Shown piece after piece: positions 1-8,044 of a DNA stretch of 32,000 nucleotides. Source of the DNA: an uncultured Clostridia bacterium (lineage in GTDB: Bacteria > Bacillota > Clostridia > UBA1381); contig CANQDD010000009.1 of assembly GCA_947591315.1 (NCBI GenBank), forward strand, positions 5,518 through 37,517, in the 5' to 3' direction. Made by a program: the position numbers and the translations under genes. A model generated the notes under the pieces. That model was not told where the DNA came from. It ran no database searches and saw only the letters and a program-made list of their open reading frames with translations. Each line of letters opens with the position of its first letter. The stretch's first letter is position 1.

Positions 1-659
1 CGAATATGCTGCTCCCCAAACACGGACTTGTGACGTTTACGTGGGGCAACGTCAGCGAGATCGACCGCGAAACGGGATATTTTGCGATAAAGCCGTCGGG
101 CGTTGAGTACGATAAGCTCACGCCGGACGACATGGTTATAATGGATCTTGACGGCAACAAAATAGAGGGACGGTACAACCCGTCGTCCGACACGGCGACG
201 CATATCGAGCTGTACAAGGCGTTTAAGAACATAGGCGGTATCGTCCACACTCACTCGCCCTGGGCGACAAGCTGGGCGCAGGCGGGACGCGACATTCCCT
301 GCTACGGCACGACGCACGCCGACTACATTTACGGCTCTGTGCCGTGCGTGCGCAATCTCACGAAGGAGGAGATCGACGCGGGTTACGAGAAAAACACGGG
401 CGTGCTGATCGTCGATTACTTCAAAGATAAGGATTACGAGGCTGTGCCGGCGGTGCTGTGCAAGAACCACGGTCCCTTTACGTGGGGCAAGGACGGTCAC
501 GAGGCGGTGCATAACGCCGTTGTGCTTGAAGAAGTCGCGAAAATGGCGGTGCATACCGAGGCTATAAACCCCGACGTAAAGCCCGCGCCGCAAGTGCTTC
601 AGGATAAGCATTACTACCGCAAGCACGGCGCGAACGCGTACTACGGTCAGGGAAAGTAA
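1..659 (+). CDS. araD: L-ribulose-5-phosphate 4-epimerase; N-terminus cut off by the window edge
   Basis: The translation aligns by eye along its full length with E. coli AraD ([64 protein letters not shown]). The E. coli protein has about 14 more N-terminal residues, so the ATG at 6 is internal. Confidence 0.85.
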   Translation, partial: NMLLPKHGLVTFTWGNVSEIDRETGYFAIKPSGVEYDKLTPDDMVIMDLDGNKIEGRYNPSSDTATHIELYKAFKNIGGIVHTHSPWATSWAQAGRDIPCYGTTHADYIYGSVPCVRNLTKEEIDAGYEKNTGVLIVDYFKDKDYEAVPAVLCKNHGPFTWGKDGHEAVHNAVVLEEVAKMAVHTEAINPDVKPAPQVLQDKHYYRKHGANAYYGQGK

Positions 660-677
660 AGGAAAGGACATAAAAAA

Positions 678-1448
678 ATGATTAAAGCTGTATATTCAAG
701 AACATTGATGATATTAAAGAGAATACCCGTGAAGCTGTGGGGACTGTCGCTTCTTAACGGGCTTTTGGTGTCGCTGCTGTCGGCTTTCAGCGTAAATCTG
801 CCGCTGGTGACGCTGCCGATAAGCGCGGCGCTCGAGGCGGGTATGATACTGATTTACTACATGACATACTCGACAGGCGACGTGCCCGACGCGAAGCCGA
901 TGTTCGCGGCGTTTAAGGATTTTAAGACGTTCAAGCACGTTGTGGGCGGTATGTGCTGGATGTATCTGTGGATATTTATATGGGGACTTATCCCCGTCGC
1001 GGGAGTTGTGCTCGCGGTATACAAGGCGGTACAGTACGCGTTCACTCCGTACATTCTGCTTGAAGAACCTGAAGTGCGCGCGCTCGACGCGCTCAAAAAG
1101 TCCAAGGAGGACACAAAAGGTCTTAAACTCGGCATATTCGCGGGAAGAACGCTTCCGGCAATAGCGTGCGTCGTTGTGATTTTGATTTTCGCGGCTGTGG
1201 GCGCGCTCGTAAGAGTGCTGACCGTGCCGTTCACAATTATCACAGTGCTTCTGACGATTATATTCTCGCTGTTTGCGCCGCTGTTTTTCGGACTGGTCGA
1301 AGCCGGATTTTACGAGTACGGCAAAAAGCCCGCGGCGAAAAAGACAAGCAACGCCGCGTCGCATCTCCCTCCCGTTACCTGCCCTTCCTGCGGCACGGTT
1401 AACGCAGGCGGTGAGAAGTTCTGCTCAAAGTGCGGCAGCAAGCTGTAA
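678..1448 (+). CDS. Multi-pass membrane protein with a C-terminal CxxC...CxxC zinc ribbon
   Basis: Several hydrophobic helices. The C-terminus reads CPSCGTVNAGGEKFCSKCGSKL. An AAAGGA RBS lies about 9 nt upstream. It starts 19 nt after the araD stop. Confidence 0.6.
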   Translation: MIKAVYSRTLMILKRIPVKLWGLSLLNGLLVSLLSAFSVNLPLVTLPISAALEAGMILIYYMTYSTGDVPDAKPMFAAFKDFKTFKHVVGGMCWMYLWIFIWGLIPVAGVVLAVYKAVQYAFTPYILLEEPEVRALDALKKSKEDTKGLKLGIFAGRTLPAIACVVVILIFAAVGALVRVLTVPFTIITVLLTIIFSLFAPLFFGLVEAGFYEYGKKPAAKKTSNAASHLPPVTCPSCGTVNAGGEKFCSKCGSKL

Positions 1449-1467
1449 TATTTTAAGACATATCAAA

Positions 1468-1508
1468 GGGGACACTAAAATTTTAGTGTCCCCTGTTTTA
1501 GTGTCCCC
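1468..1508. terminator. Perfect 26-bp palindrome plus a third motif copy between convergent genes; likely a bidirectional terminator
   Basis: GGGGACACTAAAA (1468-1480) is followed by TTTTAGTGTCCCC (1481-1493), then TG, then TTTTAGTGTCCCC (1496-1508). The palindrome is followed by TGTTTTA on the plus strand and TTTGATA on the minus strand. Confidence 0.55.
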
Positions 1509-1510
1509 GT

Positions 1511-2056
1511 TTATTCGTTTTTCATTTCGATATACTTCTTTATAATCTCGATGCACTGCTCCGCGCTCATTCCGGCGGTGTTGAGGCACACGTCGTAATT
1601 TGTGAGCTCCGACCACCTGTGACCGGTGTTATGCTCGTAGTAGTTGCCGCGCGTCTTGTTCATTGAGCGGATAAGCTCCTTCGCGTCGTCGGGGTTAAGC
1701 TCGTACAGGCGCGACACGCGTTTCATGCAGTTTTTTATCGGCGCGTGAAGGTACACGCGCACAACGCCGTCCATATCCTTGAGTACGTAATCGGCGCATC
1801 TTCCGACTATCACGCAGCTTTCTTTTTCCGCGATTTCGCGGATGAGCTTTGACTGTTCCTCAAACAGCCTCGCCGACTCTTCAAGAGATGTGTCCTGTAT
1901 GCTCTCGTCGTCCACCTCGTACGTCTCGTCGCCGCGCAGCATTTCGAGTATTTCCCTGCCGTAATACTTCACGCCGAGAGATTTCGCAAGCTCCTTGCCG
2001 ATTTCCTTACCGCCGCTGCCGTAGCTTCGCGCGATTGTCACAACTGTTTTTTTCAT
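1511..2056 (-). CDS. Cytidylate-kinase-like family P-loop protein
   Basis: MKKTVVTIARSYGSGGKEIGKELAKSLGVKYYGREI is typical of the cytidylate_kin2-type family. I chose the ATG at 2056 (AAGGGA RBS) over the upstream ATG at 2101. Confidence 0.65.
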   Translation of the reverse strand: MKKTVVTIARSYGSGGKEIGKELAKSLGVKYYGREILEMLRGDETYEVDDESIQDTSLEESARLFEEQSKLIREIAEKESCVIVGRCADYVLKDMDGVVRVYLHAPIKNCMKRVSRLYELNPDDAKELIRSMNKTRGNYYEHNTGHRWSELTNYDVCLNTAGMSAEQCIEIIKKYIEMKNE

Positions 2057-2121
2057 GTAAACCACAATCCCTTCGTCGCTGATATAAATTATATATACCA
2101 CCTTTTACACCGTTTGAAACA

Positions 2122-3657
2122 TTAAAAATTACCGAATACGAACGCGCCGCTCTCCGTGAGTTCGTCGGCGCTTATGCCGTCGGAAACGTTCGCGCCGCCC
2201 TTCAGAGCCGCGCTCGTTTCGCCCTTGTCGCAGAGCGACCAGTTCGCCCAGCTTATGCCGCGCTCGTTCATGAAGTCGATCCACCTTTGCGCCTCGTCAA
2301 GGAATACGCCGCCGTTACCGTCCGCCGCGCTCGTTCCCCACTCCGTCACGAACACGGGAAGTCCGCAGTCCGATATTCGCTGTCTGAGCCAGTCGGTGTG
2401 CGTTCCGGCGTAGAAGTGGCACGTGTACATTATGTTTTCGCCCGCGAGCGGATCCTTAGCCGCCTCGTGCAGATCCTGGCTCCAGGTCGGGCTGCCCACA
2501 AGTATAATGCCGTTCGTGTTTTGGCGTATCACGGGAATTATTTTTTCCGCGTAAGGCTTTACGTTTCCGCTCCACGTCACGCCGCCGTTAGGCTCGTTGC
2601 AGATTTCGTAAAGCACGTTCGGACTGCCTGAGTACCGCGCCGACATTTCCGCGAAAAATTCGGCAGCTGCGTCCGCATTCGCGAGCGGGTCGCCGTCGGA
2701 CAGAATGTGCCAGTCGATTATGACGTACATATCCTGCCGTATCGCCGCGTCAACGGCGTTTATGAGCGTGTTTTTGACAGATTTGTCGGAAAGGTAGCCG
2801 CCCTCGCCGGTATACATCGCGCAGCGGAACAAATTCGCGCCGTAGTCGGCTGTCGCCTTTATCGCGTCCTCGGTAGCGAAATTCGGGAACCACTGCAAGC
2901 CGTGCGACGACATACCGTGCAGCACGACATTCTCTCCGCGCTCGTTTACAAGGCGCGTGCCGTCAACGTGAAGCCAACCGTTTTCACTCACTCCGCCGCT
3001 TCGCGCAGTCACCGTTACCGGCGGCGCGGCGGTCGGCTCGGGAGTGTAAGGCTGCAGGTTGCCCTTCTTATTCGCGGCGCGCATTATTATTGCGCACGCC
3101 TCGGCGCGCGTAATCGGCGATTTCGGGTTCAGATTGCCCTTGTCGTCGCCGTAAACAATGCCGTTTGAAACAGCCGCGATCACCGCGTCGTAGTACCTTC
3201 CGTCGAGAGCGGAAAAGTCGGGCGCTTTCGCCGCGTCGTTGTAGTCGCCCTTCGCGTCGGGCATAAACGCCTTCATGATAATTTTTACCGCAAGCTGACG
3301 CGTTATCGCGTCGTCGTACGTTTCGCCGGTGGGCGGTATCTCGTCCCAGTCGTAAAAGCCCTTGTCGAGCGCCGCCTGCATCATCGGAGCCGCCCAGTGG
3401 CTTGACTGCGCCGATGTTGACGCGGTAAGGTTCGCGATCCTGCCCGTCACGCTCACAAGCTCCGCCTTCGTTATAATACCAGACGGACGGAACGTGCCGT
3501 CCCCGTAGCCCGACAGGTAGCCTTGATTTGTCATGTCGGTCACGTTCTCGTAAAACCAGTCGCCCTCGTTTACGTCCGAAAAGCCCGCCGCGTTCGCGCA
3601 GGCGCACGTAAGCGTCATGAACACGGCTAATAAAATTATGCAAATGAATTTTTTCAT
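2122..3657 (-). CDS. Secreted SLH-domain glycoside hydrolase family 5 (endoglucanase-like)
   Basis: Signal peptide MKKFICIILLAVFMTLTCACANA. SLH-like repeats (FSDVNEGDWFYENV...GYGDGTFRP; ITRAEACAIIMRAA). Pro/Thr linker. GH5 signatures YEICNEPNG (acid/base Glu), HFYAGTH and FVTEWGTS (nucleophile Glu). AAGGAGAGG RBS. Confidence 0.85.
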   Translation of the reverse strand: MKKFICIILLAVFMTLTCACANAAGFSDVNEGDWFYENVTDMTNQGYLSGYGDGTFRPSGIITKAELVSVTGRIANLTASTSAQSSHWAAPMMQAALDKGFYDWDEIPPTGETYDDAITRQLAVKIIMKAFMPDAKGDYNDAAKAPDFSALDGRYYDAVIAAVSNGIVYGDDKGNLNPKSPITRAEACAIIMRAANKKGNLQPYTPEPTAAPPVTVTARSGGVSENGWLHVDGTRLVNERGENVVLHGMSSHGLQWFPNFATEDAIKATADYGANLFRCAMYTGEGGYLSDKSVKNTLINAVDAAIRQDMYVIIDWHILSDGDPLANADAAAEFFAEMSARYSGSPNVLYEICNEPNGGVTWSGNVKPYAEKIIPVIRQNTNGIILVGSPTWSQDLHEAAKDPLAGENIMYTCHFYAGTHTDWLRQRISDCGLPVFVTEWGTSAADGNGGVFLDEAQRWIDFMNERGISWANWSLCDKGETSAALKGGANVSDGISADELTESGAFVFGNF

Positions 3658-3775
3658 GTAATCCTCTCCTTATATTTACATTCTATCATACTTTTCGGAA
3701 AATTTCCATAGCGATATGAATTTATTTGCGTATAGCTCGCGAAAACGCGGCATAAAATAAATAAGGCATCACAAC

Positions 3776-3805
3776 GGGGGACACTAAAACAGGGGGACAC
3801 TAAAA
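3776..3805 (+). repeat. Tandem dimer of the GGGGGACACTAAAA motif, overlapping the RBS and start codon of the M14 peptidase gene
   Basis: GGGGGACACTAAAA (3776-3789), then CA, then GGGGGACACTAAAA (3792-3805). The last A is the A of the ATG at 3805. It mirrors the dimer at 1481-1508 on the opposite strand. Confidence 0.85.
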
Positions 3806-4626
3806 TGGAATATGATTATTCGCGTCTTTTGGGGGACACTAAAGTTATCTCGGAAAAATACGAAAACGCCGCCGTGTTTAAGATAGGCGAAAGCGTTATG
3901 GGGAGAGAGATACTGTGCGTTAAGATAGGTGAGGGACACAAAAAAATACTCGCCGCAGGAGCGTTCCACGCGCTTGAGTACATCACCGCGGCGTTCCTTG
4001 CGAAGTTCGCGGAGGAGTACGCTCGAGCGGCACAGCGCGGCGAAATGTTCTTCGGGCGTGACGCGCGGCTTTTAAGCAAAAACGCGTCGATTTTTATTGT
4101 CCCCATGGTGAACCCCGACGGAGTGGAGATCGTTCTTCGCGGCGGGGACACTAAACCTGTGTGGCAGGCGAACGCGAGAGGTGTGGACATAAATCACAAT
4201 TTTGACGCTGACTGGCAAAGCGTGAAGGACGCGCCGTCGCCGTCGCTCTACGGCGGCGAAAAACCGATGAGCGAGCCGGAAACGAAGGCTCTGTGCGGAT
4301 TTATCAGGCGCGAGAGGTTCGATATGCTTTTGTGTTTTCACAGTCAGGGAGAGGAGATTTACTATGACTTTAACGGAAAAACGGCGCCCCGTTCAAGAGA
4401 AATCGCGGACGAGATGGCGCGGGAGAGCGGATACAAGGTCGGTGTTCCCGAAGGCAGCGCGTGCTTCGGCGGGTGTAAGGACTGGTTCATAAACGAGTTC
4501 GGACGCGAAGGGTTCACGATTGAGATGGGCAGAGGTGTAAATCCGCTGCCCACGAGTATGCTCGGTGAGGTTTACGAGCCGAACGCAAGAATTGTTCTGT
4601 GCGGTATGGAATGTGCGGTGAGGTAG
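3805..4626 (+). CDS. M14-family zinc carboxypeptidase (gamma-D-glutamyl-diamino-acid peptidase-like)
   Basis: IGESVMGREI, the HxxE zinc motif (GAFHALEYIT), VPMVNPDGVE, ARGVDINHNF and SEPETKAL are typical M14 signatures. Confidence 0.8.
   Translation: MEYDYSRLLGDTKVISEKYENAAVFKIGESVMGREILCVKIGEGHKKILAAGAFHALEYITAAFLAKFAEEYARAAQRGEMFFGRDARLLSKNASIFIVPMVNPDGVEIVLRGGDTKPVWQANARGVDINHNFDADWQSVKDAPSPSLYGGEKPMSEPETKALCGFIRRERFDMLLCFHSQGEEIYYDFNGKTAPRSREIADEMARESGYKVGVPEGSACFGGCKDWFINEFGREGFTIEMGRGVNPLPTSMLGEVYEPNARIVLCGMECAVR
3831..3844 (+). repeat. Additional GGGGGACACTAAA(g) copy inside the M14 CDS
   Basis: Matches the motif core in 12 of 13 positions. It is read in frame as G-D-T-K. Confidence 0.6.
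4144..4156 (+). repeat. Additional GGGGACACTAAA(c) copy inside the M14 CDS
   Basis: Matches the motif core in 12 of 13 positions. It is again read in frame as G-D-T-K. Confidence 0.6.
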
Positions 4627-4638
4627 GGAGAGGCGGAG

Positions 4639-4822
4639 TGAGCCTCCCCTATTAGGGGAGGTGTCGGCAAAGCCGACGGAGGGGTTTTGAAATTATTATA
4701 AAACAAACCCCTCAGTCACACTACGTGTGACTGATGAGGTGTATTGGGGGATTTCTTTTTATTTACACAATGAATCCCTCCACCGCCTTCGGCGGTCCCC
4801 CTCCCTTTGACAAGGGAGGCTG
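4639..4822. repeat. Modular GC-hairpin repeat cluster 1 (between convergent genes)
   Basis: Hairpins: CCTCCCC/GGGGAGG (4644-4661), GTCGGC/GCCGAC (4663-4677), GGGGTTT...AAACAAACCCC (4681-4711), GTCACA/TGTGAC (4715-4731). A 52-nt double-hairpin module at 4769-4820 is shared with cluster 2. Confidence 0.8.
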
Positions 4823-4837
4823 ACGGTCACCCGCACA

Positions 4838-4870
4838 TGAAAACCCTCTCGTTTTAACGAGAGGGTTTTT
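4838..4870. terminator. Bidirectional intrinsic terminator between the M14 peptidase gene and gpr
   Basis: AAAACCCTCTCG-TTTTAA-CGAGAGGGTTTTT: a GC stem flanked by an A-run and a T-run. Confidence 0.75.
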
Positions 4871-4888
4871 ACCGTGTTTTACAATGTT

Positions 4889-5875
4889 TTACTTCAAAAT
4901 CTTATCTATCGCGTCGAGCTCGTCTTGTGTGAAATCGAGGTTAGAGATTGCGGCGGCGTTTTCGATTATCTGCGCGGGACGTGACGCGCCGAGCAGCACG
5001 CTCGTCAGTCTGCCGCCGCGCAAGTTCCACGCACATGCCATTTGCGCGAGCGACTGTCCGCGGTTCTCGGCGATAGCGTTAAGGCTTATCACCTTCTCGA
5101 TTTTCTCGGCTGTGATGCCGTCCTTCGTGAGGAACGGTGACGCTTTCGCCGCGCGCGAGTCGGCGGGGATACCGTGTATGTACTTATTTGTGAGCAGTCC
5201 CTGCGCGAGCGGGCAGAACGAGATAGAGCCCATGCCCTCCTCGTCAAGCACATCGAGAAGTCCGTCCTCGACCCAGCGCTCAAACATGTTGTAACGCGGC
5301 TGATGGATAACGAGCGGCGTGCCGAGGCTCTTCATAATTTCAGCCATTTGCTTTGTCTGCTCCGCGCTGTAGTTTGAAATGCCGACGTACAGCGCCTTGC
5401 CGCTCCGCACGATATGGTCGAGCGCGCGGGCAGTTTCCTCCATAGGCGTTTCGGGGTCGGGGCGGTGGTGGTAGAAAATGTCCACGTAGTCAAGACCGAG
5501 GCGCTTCAGGCTCTGGTCAAGGCTCGCTATGAGGTACTTGCGCGAGCCGTGGTCACCGTAGGGGCCCGCCCACATGCCGTAGCCCGCCTTTGTCGATACA
5601 ATGATCTCGTCGCGGTAGGGCTTAAATTCGTTTTTCATCACCTTGCCGAAATTTTCCTCCGCGCTGCCGGGGTAGGGACCGTAATTGTTCGCGAGGTCGA
5701 AGTGCGTTATGCCGAGGTCAAACGCAGTCGTGAGCATCGCAACCATGTTGTCGTAATTGTCGCCGCTGCCGAAGTTGTGCCAGAGCCCCAGCGAAAACGC
5801 GCTCAATTTAAGTCCGCTGTTTCCGCAGCGGTTGTATTTCATCGTGTCGTATCTTTTTTCGTCTGCTGTGTACAT
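4889..5875 (-). CDS. gpr: Aldo/keto reductase, YghZ/Gpr type (L-glyceraldehyde-3-phosphate reductase-like)
   Basis: Near-collinear with E. coli YghZ by eye (CGNSGLKLSAFSLGLWHNFG, FDLGITHFDLANNYGPYPGSAEENFG, GSRKYLIASLDQSLKRLGLDYVDIFYHHRPD, GKALYVGISNYS). Confidence 0.8.
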   Translation of the reverse strand: MYTADEKRYDTMKYNRCGNSGLKLSAFSLGLWHNFGSGDNYDNMVAMLTTAFDLGITHFDLANNYGPYPGSAEENFGKVMKNEFKPYRDEIIVSTKAGYGMWAGPYGDHGSRKYLIASLDQSLKRLGLDYVDIFYHHRPDPETPMEETARALDHIVRSGKALYVGISNYSAEQTKQMAEIMKSLGTPLVIHQPRYNMFERWVEDGLLDVLDEEGMGSISFCPLAQGLLTNKYIHGIPADSRAAKASPFLTKDGITAEKIEKVISLNAIAENRGQSLAQMACAWNLRGGRLTSVLLGASRPAQIIENAAAISNLDFTQDELDAIDKILK

Positions 5876-5915
5876 GTTTTGTCTCCCTTTCTTTGTGTTT
5901 TGTTTATGGATTTAT

Positions 5916-5944
5916 TATACAATTTTTTTCGGGTAGTGTCAATC
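5916..5944 (-). promoter_or_regulatory. Sigma-70/SigA-type promoter for gpr
   Basis: On the minus strand: TTGACA, a 17-nt spacer, then TATAAT (TG immediately upstream). It lies about 40 nt upstream of the ATG. Confidence 0.6.
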
Positions 5945-5968
5945 GGTTTTTGTGCGGTGGTTTTGTAT

Positions 5969-6772
5969 TTACATTCTTCTCTTTCTTGTCGCCAAGGCGG
6001 TTACGGATAGGAAAATTACGCCGATAAGCACTATTGTGCCGCCGGGACTGAGGTCGGCGTAGTACGACACGAACAGTCCGCCTATCGTGAACGCCTCCGC
6101 GAGCAGGATCGAAATTAAAATCGTCTGTTTATAGCTTTTCGCGAGCATCATCGCCGCCGCGACGGGTATCACGAGCAGTGACGAAATCATCAGCGCGCCG
6201 ACTATGCGCGACGCGACCGATACCGTTACGGCGGTGAGCGCCATTATCACGAGGTTGACGGTGTGTGTCGGCACTCCGGCGAGCTTTGCCGCTTCCTCGT
6301 CGAATGTTACGAAAAACAGTTCCTTCCTCAAAATCAGCGACACGGCCGCCACGGCAACTCCGAGCGCGGCGGTGAGCCACAGGTCGAAGTCGGAAATCGC
6401 TATCACCGAGCCGAACATAAAGCTGTCGAGGCTCGACGCGCTGCTGGTAAAGCGTGAAAGCACGGCGGCAAGTCCTATGCCCGCCGACATCACGACGACC
6501 GTCGCAATTTCGCCGTAGCCCTTGAAGGCGCGGCGCAGCGTTTCTATGCCAAGTACGGCGAATATTGAAAACAGTATCGCGCCGAGTATCGGGTTTATTC
6601 CTATCATCAGTCCGAACGCTATGCCCGCGAGCGCGGAGTGCGAGGTCGCGTCGCCTATCGCGCTCAGGCGCTTTAACACGAGCGTAGTGCCTATGCACGG
6701 CGACACGAGCGCGATTATCCCCGCCGCCAGAAACGCGCGGAGCATGAAGCCCTGTGAAAATATGTCAGGCAT
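5969..6772 (-). CDS. Metal (Zn/Mn-type) ABC transporter permease, ABC-3 family
   Basis: Polytopic, with LVLKRLSAIGDATSHSALAGIAFG typical of ZnuB/TroC-type permeases. It overlaps the upstream ATPase gene by 8 nt. Confidence 0.8.
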   Translation of the reverse strand: MPDIFSQGFMLRAFLAAGIIALVSPCIGTTLVLKRLSAIGDATSHSALAGIAFGLMIGINPILGAILFSIFAVLGIETLRRAFKGYGEIATVVVMSAGIGLAAVLSRFTSSASSLDSFMFGSVIAISDFDLWLTAALGVAVAAVSLILRKELFFVTFDEEAAKLAGVPTHTVNLVIMALTAVTVSVASRIVGALMISSLLVIPVAAAMMLAKSYKQTILISILLAEAFTIGGLFVSYYADLSPGGTIVLIGVIFLSVTALATRKRRM

Positions 6773-7502
6773 GGTGGTGCTTCCTCCTTCCGGCGAATAT
6801 GTCGTTTACCTCGTCAAGCGTCAGGTCGGTTTTTTTCACAAACTCGCCGTTGCCGTGCTCGCAGAAAATCAGCAGCACGCTCGAAATTTTGAAAAGCGCG
6901 GGCGTGTCGTGGTTCGTCATTACTATCGTCATACCGCGGCTGTTGAGGTCGGTTATTATATCGGTTATCGCGGCGGCGTTCGCGGCGTCAACGCCGCTTG
7001 TCGGCTCGTCCATTAAAAGAAGCTCCGGCTCGGCGACGAGTGCGCGCGCGATAAACACGCGCTGCTGCTGTCCGCCGGACAGCTTGCCTATCGGCTTGTC
7101 GAGATAGCCGTCCATACCGACGCGGCTCAAAACGTCACGCACGCGTTCACGGTCGGCGCGCGTGTAGCGGCTGAATAATTTTTTCTGTGAATACAAATTC
7201 GCGGCGACGACCTCCTCGACCGTCGCGGGGAAATTCTTCGCGAAAGCGTTTGATTTCTGTGACACGTAGCCGATCTTGTGCGCGTCCTTAAACGAGCTTA
7301 TGTCCTCGCCGAAAAGCGTGATCGCGCCCTTCGGGCACGGGAGTAGGTTTAGTATGAGCTTTATAAGCGTGCTTTTGCCCGCGCCGTTCGCGCCGATTAT
7401 GCCGAGAAAATCGCCCTTGTTAAGCGTGAAGGACACGTCGCGCAGCACCGGCGCGTCGGGGTATTCAAAATTGAGGTTTTCAACGCGTAATATCTCGTCC
7501 AT
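6765..7502 (-). CDS. Metal ABC transporter ATP-binding protein
   Basis: Walker A GANGAGKST, signature LSGGQQQRV, Walker B LLLMDEP. I chose the ATG at 7502 (MDEILRVENL, AAAGGA RBS). The 48-codon upstream extension runs into the repeat cluster. Confidence 0.85.
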   Translation of the reverse strand: MDEILRVENLNFEYPDAPVLRDVSFTLNKGDFLGIIGANGAGKSTLIKLILNLLPCPKGAITLFGEDISSFKDAHKIGYVSQKSNAFAKNFPATVEEVVAANLYSQKKLFSRYTRADRERVRDVLSRVGMDGYLDKPIGKLSGGQQQRVFIARALVAEPELLLMDEPTSGVDAANAAAITDIITDLNSRGMTIVMTNHDTPALFKISSVLLIFCEHGNGEFVKKTDLTLDEVNDIFAGRRKHHHA

Positions 7503-7548
7503 GGCTCGTCCTTTCGGTTCCGCTGTCGCGGTAACGGATTTTTCCTTT

Positions 7549-7577
7549 ATTTTACACTGATATGGGGGTTTTGTCAA
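7549..7577 (-). promoter_or_regulatory. SigA-type promoter for the metal ABC ATPase/permease operon
   Basis: On the minus strand: TTGACA, a 17-nt spacer, then TAAAAT. It directly abuts repeat cluster 2. Confidence 0.55.
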
Positions 7578-7595
7578 TATGGTTTGGTGGGATGA

Positions 7596-7970
7596 GCCTC
7601 CCTTGTTAAAGGGAGGGGGACCGCCGTAGGCGGTGGAGGGATTCATTATTAAAATAGCAAAGGAATCCCCCAGTCACGCTACGCGTGACAGCCCCCTTTG
7701 ACAAGGGAGCCTTTCGTGCGGGCTGTCGAGGTGAACCACACGCTCCGCGTGTGGTAGGCGTGTTGCGAAGCAACAAACGCCGTAGTAGAAGCGCCAGCCC
7801 CTACGAATGACCCCCTCTTTGAGGGGGTCTAAACTCATTTATGAGTTTAGGGGGGTGTATAAAAAACGTTTTGCACATCATAACACCCCCCAAAAGCCGT
7901 AAACAGCTTTTGACCCCCTCGGAGAGGGGGTCATACGAAGAGGAGGTCATTCGGAGAGGGGGTCATACGG
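7596..7970. repeat. Modular GC-hairpin repeat cluster 2
   Basis: A chain of at least 8 hairpins, including the inverted copy of the 52-nt module (7596-7647), GTCACG/CGTGAC, GGCGTGTTGC/GCAACAAACGCC (7757-7781), GACCCCCTC/GAGGGGGTC twice, and GGGGGGTGT...ACACCCCCC. The 19-nt direct repeat TCGGAGAGGGGGTCATACG occurs twice. Confidence 0.8.
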
Positions 7971-8010
7971 GAAATGTCGAAGAATGACGATTATTGTAAA
8001 ACTGTTTTTC

Positions 8011-8039
8011 TTTACAAATTCGACTTTATATGATACAAT
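8011..8039 (+). promoter_or_regulatory. SigA-type promoter with an extended -10
   Basis: TTTACA (8011-8016), a 17-nt spacer, then TGaTACAAT (8031-8039). The predicted start is near 8046, the first base of the inverted-repeat stem. Confidence 0.55.
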
Positions 8040-8044
8040 TTATA

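Noticed and set aside
714-1364. 216-aa and 128-aa ORFs antisense to the zinc-ribbon membrane protein gene
   Set aside because: Arg/His/Gln-rich antisense translation with no RBS. The sense frame has clear TM helices and a zinc ribbon.
7503-7646. 48-codon N-terminal extension of the ABC ATPase ORF
   Set aside because: The extension translates repeat cluster 2 and the promoter. The internal ATG at 7502 has an RBS and matches the usual start of ABC ATPases.
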